A stretch of 64,000 nucleotides of DNA from Planctomycetia bacterium. Its GTDB lineage: Bacteria > Planctomycetota > Planctomycetia > Pirellulales > UBA1268. Position numbers and translations under genes: made by a program. The stretch is from NCBI GenBank assembly GCA_046343855.1, contig JBKDMX010000114.1:3803-67802 (forward strand). Direction: 5' to 3'. This document shows, piece after piece, positions 35,070 to 44,681 of the stretch (positions are counted from its first letter, which is position 1; the number at the start of each line of letters is the position of its first letter). The notes beneath the pieces are model-generated. The model saw only the letters and a list, made by a program, of their open reading frames with translations. It searched no databases and had not been told where the DNA came from.

Positions 35070-36332
35070 TCAGTCGAGGCGGCGGATGAGCCACCAGCCG
35101 ATGGCGAGCTGCGCGACAATCGCGATGAGCCCCGACTGCGGGCTGCCCGTGGCGAGCTGCAGCCCGCCGAACGCAAGGCTCGCAGCGAATCCCGAAAGCT
35201 TCGTGCCCACCTGCAAGAGGCCGAATGACACGCCGTCATGGCCGGGCGGCGAGAGCACGGCGACGGCCGCACGCAAGAGGCTCTGGATGCCGCCGAGCAC
35301 CAAGGCCAGCAAGACCGCGAGACCGTAGAGCTGCTGCGTCGAGTTCACGAACCAGGCGAGCACGAGCACGAGAATCCAGCCGCTGAAGCAGAGCAGCGTG
35401 GCCGGTCTTCTGCCGAACCGCGTCGAGAGCCAGCCGACGACGATCGCGCCCGGCAGCGCCACCGCCTGCACGAGCAGCACGAGCCGCACGAGCGCAGGGC
35501 CGTCGAGATCGAACCGCTGCAGGGCAAGGCTCGAGAACTGCGCGATCGCCGTCTGCACGCCGCCGAGAGCGAGCATCGCGCCGCCGAGGACCGCGGCGAA
35601 CGCGCGGTCTTGGGACCCAGGCAACGCCTGCCACAGGCGCGCGGCAAACCCGATGAGTTCGCGGCTGGGCGTGGCGGCATGCCGGGCGCCGTCGCCGGAA
35701 TCGAAGTGGACGACTGCCGCAGGCATGGAGAACAGGAGCCACCAGGCCGCCGTGACGGCGAACGCGAGCCGGAGGCCGCCCGCCAGGTCGAGGCCGAGGC
35801 GCCCCTGGGCCGCGACGACGGCCGTGGCAATCACCAGCGCAATCGCGCCGCCCGCATAGCCGGCGGCGAAGCCGAAGGCGGAGAGGCGATCGGCATCCCG
35901 CTCCCCGGCGACTCGCCGTAGCAGGCTGCCGGTGAACACCTGCGCGATGTCGAACCCGACATTGGCCGCGACAACCGCGGCCACGACGGCGATTCGGGCC
36001 TGGGGCGGCGCGGCAGCCAGCAAGGTCAAGCCTCCCACGCCGACGCAGGTGGCGATAATGAGCGCCCGCTGGTGGCCGTCGCGGCGATCTGCCCACGCGG
36101 CGGCCCACGGCACCAGCACGGCGGAGGCGAGCATCGCCGCCGCGAGCGTCCAGGCCCAGATGACGCCGGCCTCGACGCCCCAGCCACCGTGCGCGAAGAC
36201 GAGTTTCTCGACATAGGCCACGACGAGCGTGATCAACACGGTCGAGAACGCGCTCGCGGCCCAGTCGAGCAGGATCCAGGCGATGCGGGCGACGCGGCCG
36301 TGGCGCGGCACCAGAGGCGTTTGGCTGGTCAT
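35070..36332 (-). CDS. MFS transporter, UMF1/Atg22-like
   Basis: 420 aa with ~12 TM segments. The N-terminal IAWILLDWAASAFSTVLIT is typical of the UMF1 family. Confidence 0.8.
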   Translation of the reverse strand: MTSQTPLVPRHGRVARIAWILLDWAASAFSTVLITLVVAYVEKLVFAHGGWGVEAGVIWAWTLAAAMLASAVLVPWAAAWADRRDGHQRALIIATCVGVGGLTLLAAAPPQARIAVVAAVVAANVGFDIAQVFTGSLLRRVAGERDADRLSAFGFAAGYAGGAIALVIATAVVAAQGRLGLDLAGGLRLAFAVTAAWWLLFSMPAAVVHFDSGDGARHAATPSRELIGFAARLWQALPGSQDRAFAAVLGGAMLALGGVQTAIAQFSSLALQRFDLDGPALVRLVLLVQAVALPGAIVVGWLSTRFGRRPATLLCFSGWILVLVLAWFVNSTQQLYGLAVLLALVLGGIQSLLRAAVAVLSPPGHDGVSFGLLQVGTKLSGFAASLAFGGLQLATGSPQSGLIAIVAQLAIGWWLIRRLD

Positions 36333-36616
36333 GCCGACACATTAGCCAATGGCGGAAATGCCGTGGGCCGGGCCATCCTTTGCCGGCATGTCGAGCCATG
36401 CCCCGATCCCCCCCCTGACGGTCAAAAAACGTCTGCTGAACGGCGTTTGCGGCCCTCTCTTTTTTCCACTTCCCTTCTTTTTGCGGCAGCCGCTAGGGTG
36501 ACGCGGCATCCGGAGCCGGCATTCGTTTCGCGGGCTTTGGGCAACTGAATCACCCTTGGAAGAATTTCACTTCGAGGGATTGCGATTCGGTTCGGTTTCT
36601 CTCGAGGAGTTTCTCA

Positions 36617-37006
36617 ATGAAGCGTTTTTCCACGATCTTTTCGATGGCCTTCGTGTTTGTGATGGTCGGCCTCGTGGCCGCCGACACCGCCTCGGCCGCC
36701 GGCCGTGGCCGTCGTGGTCGCACCAGCTGCGACTGCGGTCCGACCTGCGCCGCCGAACCGGGCTGCGCGGCCGATGCCTGCGCGGCTGAGCCGGCCTGCG
36801 GTGCCGCTGAAGCCTGTGCCTCCGAGCCCGCCTGCGGCGCGGCTGCACCGACCTGCTGTGAGCCCCGTCGTGGCCGTGCCCGTGGCGGTCTGTTCAGCCG
36901 TCGCAGCAAGCAGAGCGGCGGCGAGAGCTGCACCAGCTGCTGCAGCGAGCCCGCCTGCGGTGCCGAGCCGGCCTGCGGCGCCGAGCCGTGCTGCAACGCC
37001 GGCTGA
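36617..37006 (+). CDS. Secreted cysteine-rich repeat protein (hypothetical; (A/S)EPxCGA repeats)
   Basis: 129 aa. The RBS GAGGAG lies 7 nt upstream of the ATG. Signal peptide MKRFSTIFSMAFVFVMVGLVAADTASA. By my count there are 17 Cys in the ~100-aa mature part. GC3 is high. A strong intrinsic terminator follows immediately. Confidence 0.65.
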   Translation: MKRFSTIFSMAFVFVMVGLVAADTASAAGRGRRGRTSCDCGPTCAAEPGCAADACAAEPACGAAEACASEPACGAAAPTCCEPRRGRARGGLFSRRSKQSGGESCTSCCSEPACGAEPACGAEPCCNAG

Positions 37007-37039
37007 TTCCATCAGCCGTTCGAACGATGCGTGAACAGG

Positions 37040-37072
37040 GCCGGGCCTTCCTCTGGAAGGCCCGGCTTTTTT
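37040..37072 (+). terminator. Rho-independent terminator
   Basis: Perfect 11-bp GC-rich stem GCCGGGCCTTC (37040-37050) / GAAGGCCCGGC (37056-37066), 5-nt loop, then TTTTTT (37067-72). The T-tract overlaps the stop codon of the convergent hydrolase gene. Confidence 0.8.
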
Positions 37073-38243
37073 ATTCCGCAAGCAGAGGATGGACCCCGTA
37101 GAGAGCGTCGACCAGTTTTCGGGTGCGCGGGCCCGGCAGGGCGCCGGGATGCATGGCGCTGGGGACGAAGGCGAAGCCGAGGCCCAGCGATGGATCGGCG
37201 AAGGCAAGCGATCCACCCGCGCCCGGATGGCCGAAGGCGCCTGGAGAGGGACCGTAGACACCGTGATCGTTGGTCATGAAGCCGGCCGAGAAGGCGGTAG
37301 GGGCCATGAGCACGCGGTCGAGGCCGCTGCTCGACGTCGTTTGCATCGCGGTGCGCGTGTCAGCGCGAAAGAATGTGGTCTGGCCACCGGCCAGGAGCGC
37401 GTAAAACCTGGCGAGTGCGTCGGCGGTGCCGATCGCGCCCAGTGACGGCAGCGACGCACCGCGCATGGCGGGCGTATTCATCGCCGCGGGCGTGAGAATC
37501 CCGCCCGGTTCGCTCAACGCGCGACGCGTGAGGGACGTCGGGTCGGCGAAGGCCCGCGAGAACGGGCCGGGGGGCGGAGGCGACTTGGGCGCAATGACGG
37601 TGGCCGCCGCGTCGGCGAGCGGCTCGGGAAGGCCGAACCAGCAATCGAGGCTGAGCGGAACGCGGAACACCCGCTCCCAGTAGGAAGCGAGCGATTCGCC
37701 GGCGAGGCGGCGGACGATCTCGTCGAGCAGAAACCCGAACGTGCGGGCGCCGTAGCCATGCGATCCATCGGCTTCCCAGTTGGGCGGCTGCTCGGCCAGG
37801 GCCGCCGCCACCGCATCGTGATCGGTGATCGCGAGCCCTGTGCGATCGATGGCGGCCAGCCCGGCCCGATGGGAAAGCAGTTCGGCGAGCGACGTCCGCT
37901 CCTTGCCCGCAGCCGCGAACTCCCGCCAGATGTCGGCAACGCGGGTCTCGAGCGGGATCGCGTGCGCGTGGAGCGCGTGCAGCATGCAGGCGGCGGCGAG
38001 ACCCTTGCTGGCCGACCAGATCAGGCAGGGTGTCGCCGCCGTCCAGGGGCTTCCCGCACGTGCCTCTCCCCCCTGCAGGGAGACGAGCGGCTTGCCATCC
38101 TGCCAGACGGCAACCGCACACCCGCCGCCACATCCGGAGGCCGCTGACTCGTCGACGATCTCCGCAAAGGCTCGCGTCAGCCGCTCGGCGGCCGTGCGCG
38201 GCCGAAAACCGTTCGCTGTCCCGGCGCCGTCATCGCTCCTCAT
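37071..38243 (-). CDS. Beta-lactamase-fold serine hydrolase (class C / esterase EstB-like)
   Basis: 390 aa. It has the SxxK motif in LIWSASKGLAAAC. No signal peptide is evident. Confidence 0.8.
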   Translation of the reverse strand: MRSDDGAGTANGFRPRTAAERLTRAFAEIVDESAASGCGGGCAVAVWQDGKPLVSLQGGEARAGSPWTAATPCLIWSASKGLAAACMLHALHAHAIPLETRVADIWREFAAAGKERTSLAELLSHRAGLAAIDRTGLAITDHDAVAAALAEQPPNWEADGSHGYGARTFGFLLDEIVRRLAGESLASYWERVFRVPLSLDCWFGLPEPLADAAATVIAPKSPPPPGPFSRAFADPTSLTRRALSEPGGILTPAAMNTPAMRGASLPSLGAIGTADALARFYALLAGGQTTFFRADTRTAMQTTSSSGLDRVLMAPTAFSAGFMTNDHGVYGPSPGAFGHPGAGGSLAFADPSLGLGFAFVPSAMHPGALPGPRTRKLVDALYGVHPLLAE

Positions 38244-38301
38244 TGCCGTGCATCTCCCGAACGTCAGCGGCGGATCTGAATGTCACCGGCGGAACAGGAT
38301 G

Positions 38302-39744
38302 TCACCGGCGGATTTGGCGGGCGACCATCCGGCGGAATGCATCGCGGTAGGGTGGCCGCATCCGGGCGAGCACCTGCTCCACGAACCACGAACTGGGCTC
38401 GCGGAAGACCGGCTTCATGTGGCTGAAACGGCGAAAGCCCTCGATGCCGTGGTAGACGCCCATGCCGGAGGGGCCGATGCCGCCAAACGGAAGCTCCGTC
38501 ATCGCCACGTGCATGATCACATCGTTTACGGTCACGCCGCCCGACGTGGTCCGCGCGAGCACTCGCTGCTCCTCGTCGCGATCCTCCCCGAAATAGTAGA
38601 GGGCCAGCGGTCTCGGCCGGGCGTTCACATACGCGATCGCGTCGTCGATGGTCTCGTAGGTCTTCACCGGCAGGAGCGGGCCGAAGATCTCCTCCTGCAT
38701 CACCCGCATGGAGTCTTCTGGATCGAGGATGAGCACGGGGGCCAGCTTGCGAAGCGAGCGGCCGAGGTCCTCACCGGCCGGGTTGGCCTCGACGAGCCGT
38801 GCGCCGCCGGCACGCGCGTCGGCGAGCATCGCCTGCAGGCGTTCCACATGCCGTTCGTTGAGAATCGACGTGTATTCGGGATTGTTGGCGAGCGTGGGAA
38901 ACATTCGGGCCACGGCCGCCACGGCCGCCTTCACGAATGCCTCGCGCCGGTCCGCCGGCAGAAGCACATAATCCGGCGCAATGCAGATCTGGCCGGCATT
39001 CATCGTCTTGCCCGCCATGATCCGCCTGGCCGCAGACTCGATATCGGCCGACCGCCCGATGATCGTCGGCGACTTGCCGCCGAGCTCGAGCGTGACCGGC
39101 ACGAGGTTGTCGGCCGCCGCCCGCATGATCTGCCGACCGACCCCGGTGCTCCCCGTGAAGAGCAGGTGGTCGAAGGGAAGCCGGCTAAACGCCTCGCCCA
39201 CCGCCGGGCCGCCGGTGCAGACGGCGATCTCGGTCTCGTCAAACGCTCCCGCGACAAGGCGGGCAAGCAGGTCGGCCGTCTTCGGCGTGTATTCGGATGG
39301 CTTGATGAGGCAGCGATTGCCCGCGGCGAGCACGCTCGCCAGAGGGGAGAAGACCATGCTGATCGGGAAGTTCCAGGGCGCGATCAGCCCCACCACGCCG
39401 ACGGGATGCGGCTGGATCTCAGCGCCGCCGCCGATCCAGCCGATGATCGCCGGCGTGGTCGCTCGGCGCTCCCTCCGCATCCAGCGCCGCACGTTGCGGC
39501 GGGCCTGCTTGAGCGGATCCAGCGACGCGGAGATGTCGGTGAACTTCGTGAGCAGCGGCGAGCGGCAGCCAAAGTCGGCATCGACGGCAGCGGCGAGTTC
39601 GTCTTGATGATCGACGAGCAGCCCGATGCAGCGGTCGATGCGATCGATCCGCACCTTTGCCGACGGCGGCCCGTCGCGGAGGAAAGCCTCGCGCTGCCGG
39701 GCGAGCAGGGAGCGAAGCGTTTCTTCGGATGCTTCGCGGATCAC
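38302..39744 (-). CDS. NAD(P)-dependent aldehyde dehydrogenase (coniferyl-aldehyde dehydrogenase-like, ALDH3-type)
   Basis: 480 aa. Motifs: ELGGKSP and the catalytic Cys in NAGQICIAPDYVL. The GTG start (39744-39742) overlaps the stop (39743-39741) of the upstream giant gene as GTGA. Confidence 0.9.
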   Translation of the reverse strand: MIREASEETLRSLLARQREAFLRDGPPSAKVRIDRIDRCIGLLVDHQDELAAAVDADFGCRSPLLTKFTDISASLDPLKQARRNVRRWMRRERRATTPAIIGWIGGGAEIQPHPVGVVGLIAPWNFPISMVFSPLASVLAAGNRCLIKPSEYTPKTADLLARLVAGAFDETEIAVCTGGPAVGEAFSRLPFDHLLFTGSTGVGRQIMRAAADNLVPVTLELGGKSPTIIGRSADIESAARRIMAGKTMNAGQICIAPDYVLLPADRREAFVKAAVAAVARMFPTLANNPEYTSILNERHVERLQAMLADARAGGARLVEANPAGEDLGRSLRKLAPVLILDPEDSMRVMQEEIFGPLLPVKTYETIDDAIAYVNARPRPLALYYFGEDRDEEQRVLARTTSGGVTVNDVIMHVAMTELPFGGIGPSGMGVYHGIEGFRRFSHMKPVFREPSSWFVEQVLARMRPPYRDAFRRMVARQIRR

Positions 39745-42700
39745 TTGCGGCTCTTCAAAAACTCGATGACGTCGAGCAGCTCGGTGGGCGAGAGTGTTGC
39801 CGCCAGGCCTTCCGGCATGCTGCTCTGCTTGAGTTTCACCCGCTCCTCGATCTCGGCAACCTTGACCGTCTTCTTCTCCTTGCCATCGAAGATCACGATA
39901 TCTTCAGGTGTTTCGCTCACCAGCAGGCCGGTGATGCTGCGGCCGTCGTCGGTGATGAGCGTCGTGGAAACGTACTTCTCGTCGACCGAGGCATTCGGAT
40001 CCACGATCGATTCAACCAGTTTGTAGGGAGTCAGCCTCGAGCCGACGGTCGTCAGCACAGGCCCGAGGTCGGCGCCTTCTGTCCCGATCTTGTGGCAGTT
40101 CGAGCAGACACGGCGAAACACCTCACGGCCACCGTCGATGTTGCCTCCCTGGATACGGGTAATCGAGTGCATCGCCTTGTCGCGCTGCTCGGCGGTCGTC
40201 GGATCCTTGCTCAGGAGCACCGAGAGATACTGCCTCACCTCGGCCGCCTTTTTATCGACGCCGAGCACGCCCTCGATGATCTTCGACGCAGGCGAGCCCG
40301 TCGCTGCCAGCGTGCCGGCCTGGTAGGCCGCCTTCCAGACGGGTATGTGCGCGCCCAGAGCGGCATCGCAGGTGTATTCCAGGAAGCGATCCGACGGGGC
40401 CACGTTGGCGGCGGTCACCACCCCGGCCATGGCGTCGGAGGTTGGAAAGAAACTCAGGCCGCGCACCGCCTCGGTGCGAACCCGCAAATGGCCGTCGCGG
40501 GCCTGGGCGATCAGCAGCCGTTCGGCGCCCGGGATCCGCTCGCGCTCGTCGGCGAGCAGGCGTGTGGCTGCGGCCCTGGCGTCGGGCGTTTTCGCCGTGA
40601 GCATCTTCTCGAGCAATCGCCCATCGACCGCATGGAAGCTCTGTTGCAGCCAGAGTTGCTCCATCGTGAGCCGGTCGATGGCGGGGTCAGACGCATTCCG
40701 GGCGACCCATTCGCCGGCCGCGGCGAGCACATCCGCCTTGGGCCGCGACTGCAACTCTGCCCGGGCACGATACCGCGTGCGCCACTCCGGGCTCTTCAAT
40801 TGATCGAGCACGGCGGCGGTCGGCTTGCCCGCCTGAGTCTCCGGCACGACCAGCGGTTTCGTGGTCGAGACCAGCCGGTAGATGCGGCCGTGTTTTTTGT
40901 CACGGTTGGGATCGCGCTGGCTGTATTGCATGTGGCCGATGAGCGGATTGGCCCAGTCGCCGAACCAGAGGGCGCCGTCGGGCCCGATCTGGGGATCGAC
41001 CGGCCGGAAGTGCTTGTCGGTGCTCTTCAGCAGGTCGAAAGGCTGCGGCTTTCCATCGACCTCATGGCGAATCCGATCGCCCTTGTAGCCGGCTCCGTCG
41101 TCGGCGATGCGCCACCGGGGCATGCCGTTCATGTTGATCACGCAGGCATAGATGAACTGATCCTGCACGTCGTCGGGGAAGTGCCGTGAGCGGAGATATT
41201 CGCTGCCCACCACGGGCCGCATCCCGTCGGTCGGGAAGACCGGATCCATGCCTTTGCGTCCCGCGTATTGGGCGCCTGAAAGCGGCGTATCCCAGTGCTG
41301 AGCGGCGCCCGTGCCGTCGCCCACGATGCCCTGGCCCCATTCATTGAAGACGTAGCACCACGGATTGCCGTAGCCGGGCGTCTTGTAGTGGCGAATCTTC
41401 CACGTGCGGGGGTCGATGACGTAGCAGCCCGGGTCGGCAAAAGTTCGGAACGGGCCCCACGGCGTTTCGAGCGTCGTGCTCATCGCCACGCCCTCAAGCG
41501 CGTGCAGCAGGCCGCCGTTGCTCATCTCGAAGGCGCCCGCCGTATGGTGCGTGTCTTCCGTGGCCCAGCCGTCGAGCACCTGCACCACCACGTCGGCCGT
41601 GTCGTCGCCGTCGGTGTCTTTGAGCCACAGGAGCCTCGGCTGATCCATGACGAGCACGCCGCCGTCGAAAAATTGAAACCCGGTCGGGCAGTGAAGCTTG
41701 TCGTAGAAAACCGTCTGCTTGTCGGCCTTCTCGTCGCCATCGGTGTCTTCCAGGATCACGAGCTTGTCGGCCGGCCGGGGAGCGCCCGGCTGCCACTGCG
41801 GATAGCTCGGCATCGTGGAAACCCACAGCCGCCCCTTCGAGTCGAATGCCAGTTGCACGGGTTTGGCAATCTCTGGGAAGGTGCGTTCGTCGGCAAAGAG
41901 CTTCACTGCAAAACCCGGTGGCACGGTGCAGGTCTTGATGAATTCCTCCGGCGGCAGGATCGTCGGCCCGCGATCCTGCTGCTCGCTGGATTGCTGACGT
42001 GGGTCGCCAAACCGCGTTTGCGGCTCGACGAGTTCTCCAGTTCCCGAATCGTCTGGTACGGGCGGCACGGGCCTGCCGGCGGCGATGTTCCACACATAGC
42101 GATCGCGCACGGCCGCCATGTTGCGAAGCTTCAGATACTCATATGGAAACGTTTCCGTGTCCCAAGTACGGCGGCCGCCGTAGACGTACCACCCGTTGAC
42201 CATCCGGTAGTCCTGCAGGTGCACCCATGATTTGTCGTTGACGGCCTCGCGGAGCTTCGCGAAAGCCTCGGGGGCGAGCCGATGCGAGGCGGGGCTGCCA
42301 AACAACGCGCGGTCGAGCGGCTCGGCGACTGCGCGGTCGCCAGCTTCGTTGACGTGGCAGCCGTTGATCGTCAACTGCCTTCCCGGCTCCGCCGCGAAGG
42401 CCTGCCGAGTGGCGTCGAAGATGTCGACGAAGGCCAGTCCCTTCGCCGCCGCCACGTCGCGGGCCGCATCGCGATAGAGGGCGATGTGTGTGTTCTGGGC
42501 CTCGGCATCGGGCATCAACGGGTCGCCGGTCGCCTCGACCGCGATCGGCGAAACGATCACGAATCGCGGCGCCGCCTTCGTATCGTCGCGCGGATACCGC
42601 GCCTCGATGTCGGCGAGGAGCTTGTGGTAATCCGCCTTGAACTTCTCCACGCCGGCCGGTCCGGCGAACGATTCGTTGAACCCGAAGAACAGGAAGTAGG

Positions 42701-43103
42701 TGTCGGCCCCGAAGGCGGCCATCGGATCGTCGAGCCTGGTGTAGTCGGTGGCCCGCTGGCGGTTGCCGACCTCGTCGGCGGGGCGGCCGAAGTTGCGGAC
42801 CACGAGATTCTTGTCCGGAAACCGCTGGTGGAGCAGCGACTCGAAGTGGCCGAAGAGATTCATCCGCTCGGCGGTGGAATTGCCCACGAGGGCGATCCGC
42901 TCGCCATCGATCAGCTCCAGCGGCAGGCGGCTCGGCGGCAGGGCCGGGCGGGCAGGTCGGGCGGGCAGTCCCAGCAGCCGATGGGCGGTCTTGAAGGGAT
43001 CGGCTTCGACCTTTGCCGGCGAGTCAGCCGCACGTGCGGGAGCGACCGCCACGAATGCCAACCCGACAGCGAACGCGAAAGCGATGAATCGTGCAAACGC
43101 CAT
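39741..43103 (-). CDS. PVC-type heme-binding CxxCH protein: SGNH-hydrolase-like N-domain, beta-propeller 'membrane-bound dehydrogenase' domain, HEAT repeats, C-terminal cytochrome c
   Basis: ATG at 43103 (MAFARFIAFAFAVGLAFVAVAPARA signal). SGNH-like blocks LVGNSTAE, FFGFNES, INGCHVN. The central region (KPVQLAFDSKGRLWVS...DTDGD...) resembles glucose/sorbosone-dehydrogenase-like propellers. The tail has CSNCHKIG...SMPEG, a heme c site with a Met ligand. Confidence 0.85.
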   Translation of the reverse strand: MAFARFIAFAFAVGLAFVAVAPARAADSPAKVEADPFKTAHRLLGLPARPARPALPPSRLPLELIDGERIALVGNSTAERMNLFGHFESLLHQRFPDKNLVVRNFGRPADEVGNRQRATDYTRLDDPMAAFGADTYFLFFGFNESFAGPAGVEKFKADYHKLLADIEARYPRDDTKAAPRFVIVSPIAVEATGDPLMPDAEAQNTHIALYRDAARDVAAAKGLAFVDIFDATRQAFAAEPGRQLTINGCHVNEAGDRAVAEPLDRALFGSPASHRLAPEAFAKLREAVNDKSWVHLQDYRMVNGWYVYGGRRTWDTETFPYEYLKLRNMAAVRDRYVWNIAAGRPVPPVPDDSGTGELVEPQTRFGDPRQQSSEQQDRGPTILPPEEFIKTCTVPPGFAVKLFADERTFPEIAKPVQLAFDSKGRLWVSTMPSYPQWQPGAPRPADKLVILEDTDGDEKADKQTVFYDKLHCPTGFQFFDGGVLVMDQPRLLWLKDTDGDDTADVVVQVLDGWATEDTHHTAGAFEMSNGGLLHALEGVAMSTTLETPWGPFRTFADPGCYVIDPRTWKIRHYKTPGYGNPWCYVFNEWGQGIVGDGTGAAQHWDTPLSGAQYAGRKGMDPVFPTDGMRPVVGSEYLRSRHFPDDVQDQFIYACVINMNGMPRWRIADDGAGYKGDRIRHEVDGKPQPFDLLKSTDKHFRPVDPQIGPDGALWFGDWANPLIGHMQYSQRDPNRDKKHGRIYRLVSTTKPLVVPETQAGKPTAAVLDQLKSPEWRTRYRARAELQSRPKADVLAAAGEWVARNASDPAIDRLTMEQLWLQQSFHAVDGRLLEKMLTAKTPDARAAATRLLADERERIPGAERLLIAQARDGHLRVRTEAVRGLSFFPTSDAMAGVVTAANVAPSDRFLEYTCDAALGAHIPVWKAAYQAGTLAATGSPASKIIEGVLGVDKKAAEVRQYLSVLLSKDPTTAEQRDKAMHSITRIQGGNIDGGREVFRRVCSNCHKIGTEGADLGPVLTTVGSRLTPYKLVESIVDPNASVDEKYVSTTLITDDGRSITGLLVSETPEDIVIFDGKEKKTVKVAEIEERVKLKQSSMPEGLAATLSPTELLDVIEFLKSRK

Positions 43104-43174
43104 CCTGCGCACTCCTGAACAAGTAACGAACGCGCGACAGCTGCGCCACTGTGAGAGTACCGGACCACCGACCG

Positions 43175-44668
43175 TCAGGCCAGCAATTCCTTCACCACGC
43201 GGGCGTGCTCGACGCCCGTGAGCTTCTGGTCGAGCCCGAGGTGGCGGTAGGTGAACCGCTCGTGGTCGAAGCCCATGAGCTGCAGCACCGTGGCGTGGAA
43301 GTCGCGAATATGGACCGGATCCTTCACGATGTTGTAGGAGAAATCGTCGGTCTCGCCGTAGATCTGCCCCGGCCGCGTGCCGCCGCCGGCCATCCACATC
43401 GTGAAGCACCGCGGATGATGGTCGCGGCCGTAGTTCTCCTTCGAGAGGCCGCCCTGGGAGTAGACCGTGCGGCCGAACTCGCCCCCCCAGATGACGAGCG
43501 TCTCGTCCAGGAGGCCGCGGGCCTTGAGATCCTGCACGAGGCCCCAGCAGGCCTGGTCGATGTCCTTGCACTGGCTCGGCAGCCGGCCGCCCACGTTGGA
43601 ATGCGTGTCCCAGTTGTTGATGTAGATCTGCACGAACCGCACGCCCCGCTCCACCATCCTGCGGGCCATGAGCGCCGTGTTGGCGAACGTGCCCGGCTTC
43701 TTGGCCGCCTCGCCGTAGAGGGAGTAGGTGTGGGCCGGTTCACTGGCCAGATCGGTCAGGTCGGGCACGCTCGACTGCATCCGGAAAGCCATCTCGTATT
43801 GGGCGATCCGCGTGCGCGTCTCAGGGTCGCCGATCTGCTCGAGCGTGCGCTGGTTGAGGGCCTGCAGGCCGTCGAGCGTCTTGCGACGCACCTCCGCGGA
43901 GACGCCCGACGGATTGTTGATGTAGAGGATCGGGTCGCCGGTCGAGCGGAAGCTCACCCCCGCGTATTCGCCGGGGAGGTAGCCGCTCGACCAGAGCCGG
44001 GCGCCGATCGCCTGCGGCTGGTCGTTCTGGGTGGGCCGGGCCACGAGCACCACGAACGTCGGCAGATCCTTGTTGAGCGAGCCGAGGCCGTAGCTCAGCC
44101 ACGACCCCAGGCAGGGGCGGCCGGAGATCTGGTTGCCCGTCTGCATGTAGGTGATCGCCGGCTCGTGGTTGATCGCCTCGGTGTGCATCGAGCGGATGAA
44201 GCACATGTCGTCGACCATCTTGGCCGTGTGCGGCAGAAGCTCGCTCACCCACATCCCGTTCTGGCCGTGTTGGGCAAACTTGTATTTCGAGGGCGCGATC
44301 GGAAACCGCGCCTGCCCCGATGTCATCGTCGTCAGCCGCTGGCCGTTGCGGACGCTCTCGGGGAGGTCCTTGTCGTACCAGTCGTTCATGACCGGCTTGT
44401 AGTCATACATGTCTTGTTGCGGCGGCCCGCCCACCATGTGCAGGTAGATGACATGCTTGGCCTTCGGCGCGAAGTGGGGCCCGATCGCCCCGGCCACCCG
44501 CTCGATGCCCGCCGTCGCCGACGAAGAGGCATTGCCGAAGGCTGCGCTTTGCCCGAGCAGCGTGGCGAGTGCCGCGCCGCCAAGCAGATGGCCGCCGGTC
44601 TCGAAGAACCGGCGGCGGGTGAGATTCAAGCCCAGTTCATCGAGCGAGGAACGGATGGGAGGATTCAT
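43175..44668 (-). CDS. DUF1501 domain-containing protein (sulfatase/alkaline-phosphatase fold, TAT signal)
   Basis: 497 aa. Twin-arginine motif LTRRRFFETGG. Family-typical HVIYLHMVGGPPQQDMYDYKP and GGEFGRT. Confidence 0.9.
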   Translation of the reverse strand: MNPPIRSSLDELGLNLTRRRFFETGGHLLGGAALATLLGQSAAFGNASSSATAGIERVAGAIGPHFAPKAKHVIYLHMVGGPPQQDMYDYKPVMNDWYDKDLPESVRNGQRLTTMTSGQARFPIAPSKYKFAQHGQNGMWVSELLPHTAKMVDDMCFIRSMHTEAINHEPAITYMQTGNQISGRPCLGSWLSYGLGSLNKDLPTFVVLVARPTQNDQPQAIGARLWSSGYLPGEYAGVSFRSTGDPILYINNPSGVSAEVRRKTLDGLQALNQRTLEQIGDPETRTRIAQYEMAFRMQSSVPDLTDLASEPAHTYSLYGEAAKKPGTFANTALMARRMVERGVRFVQIYINNWDTHSNVGGRLPSQCKDIDQACWGLVQDLKARGLLDETLVIWGGEFGRTVYSQGGLSKENYGRDHHPRCFTMWMAGGGTRPGQIYGETDDFSYNIVKDPVHIRDFHATVLQLMGFDHERFTYRHLGLDQKLTGVEHARVVKELLA

Positions 44669-44681
44669 GGCTGCGGAGCTC

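Noticed and set aside
36550-36996. 148-aa minus-strand ORF antisense to the Cys-rich gene (AAPQAGS repeats).
   Set aside because: The plus strand has an RBS, a signal peptide, high GC3 and a downstream terminator. The minus-strand ORF has none of these and simply mirrors the repeat.
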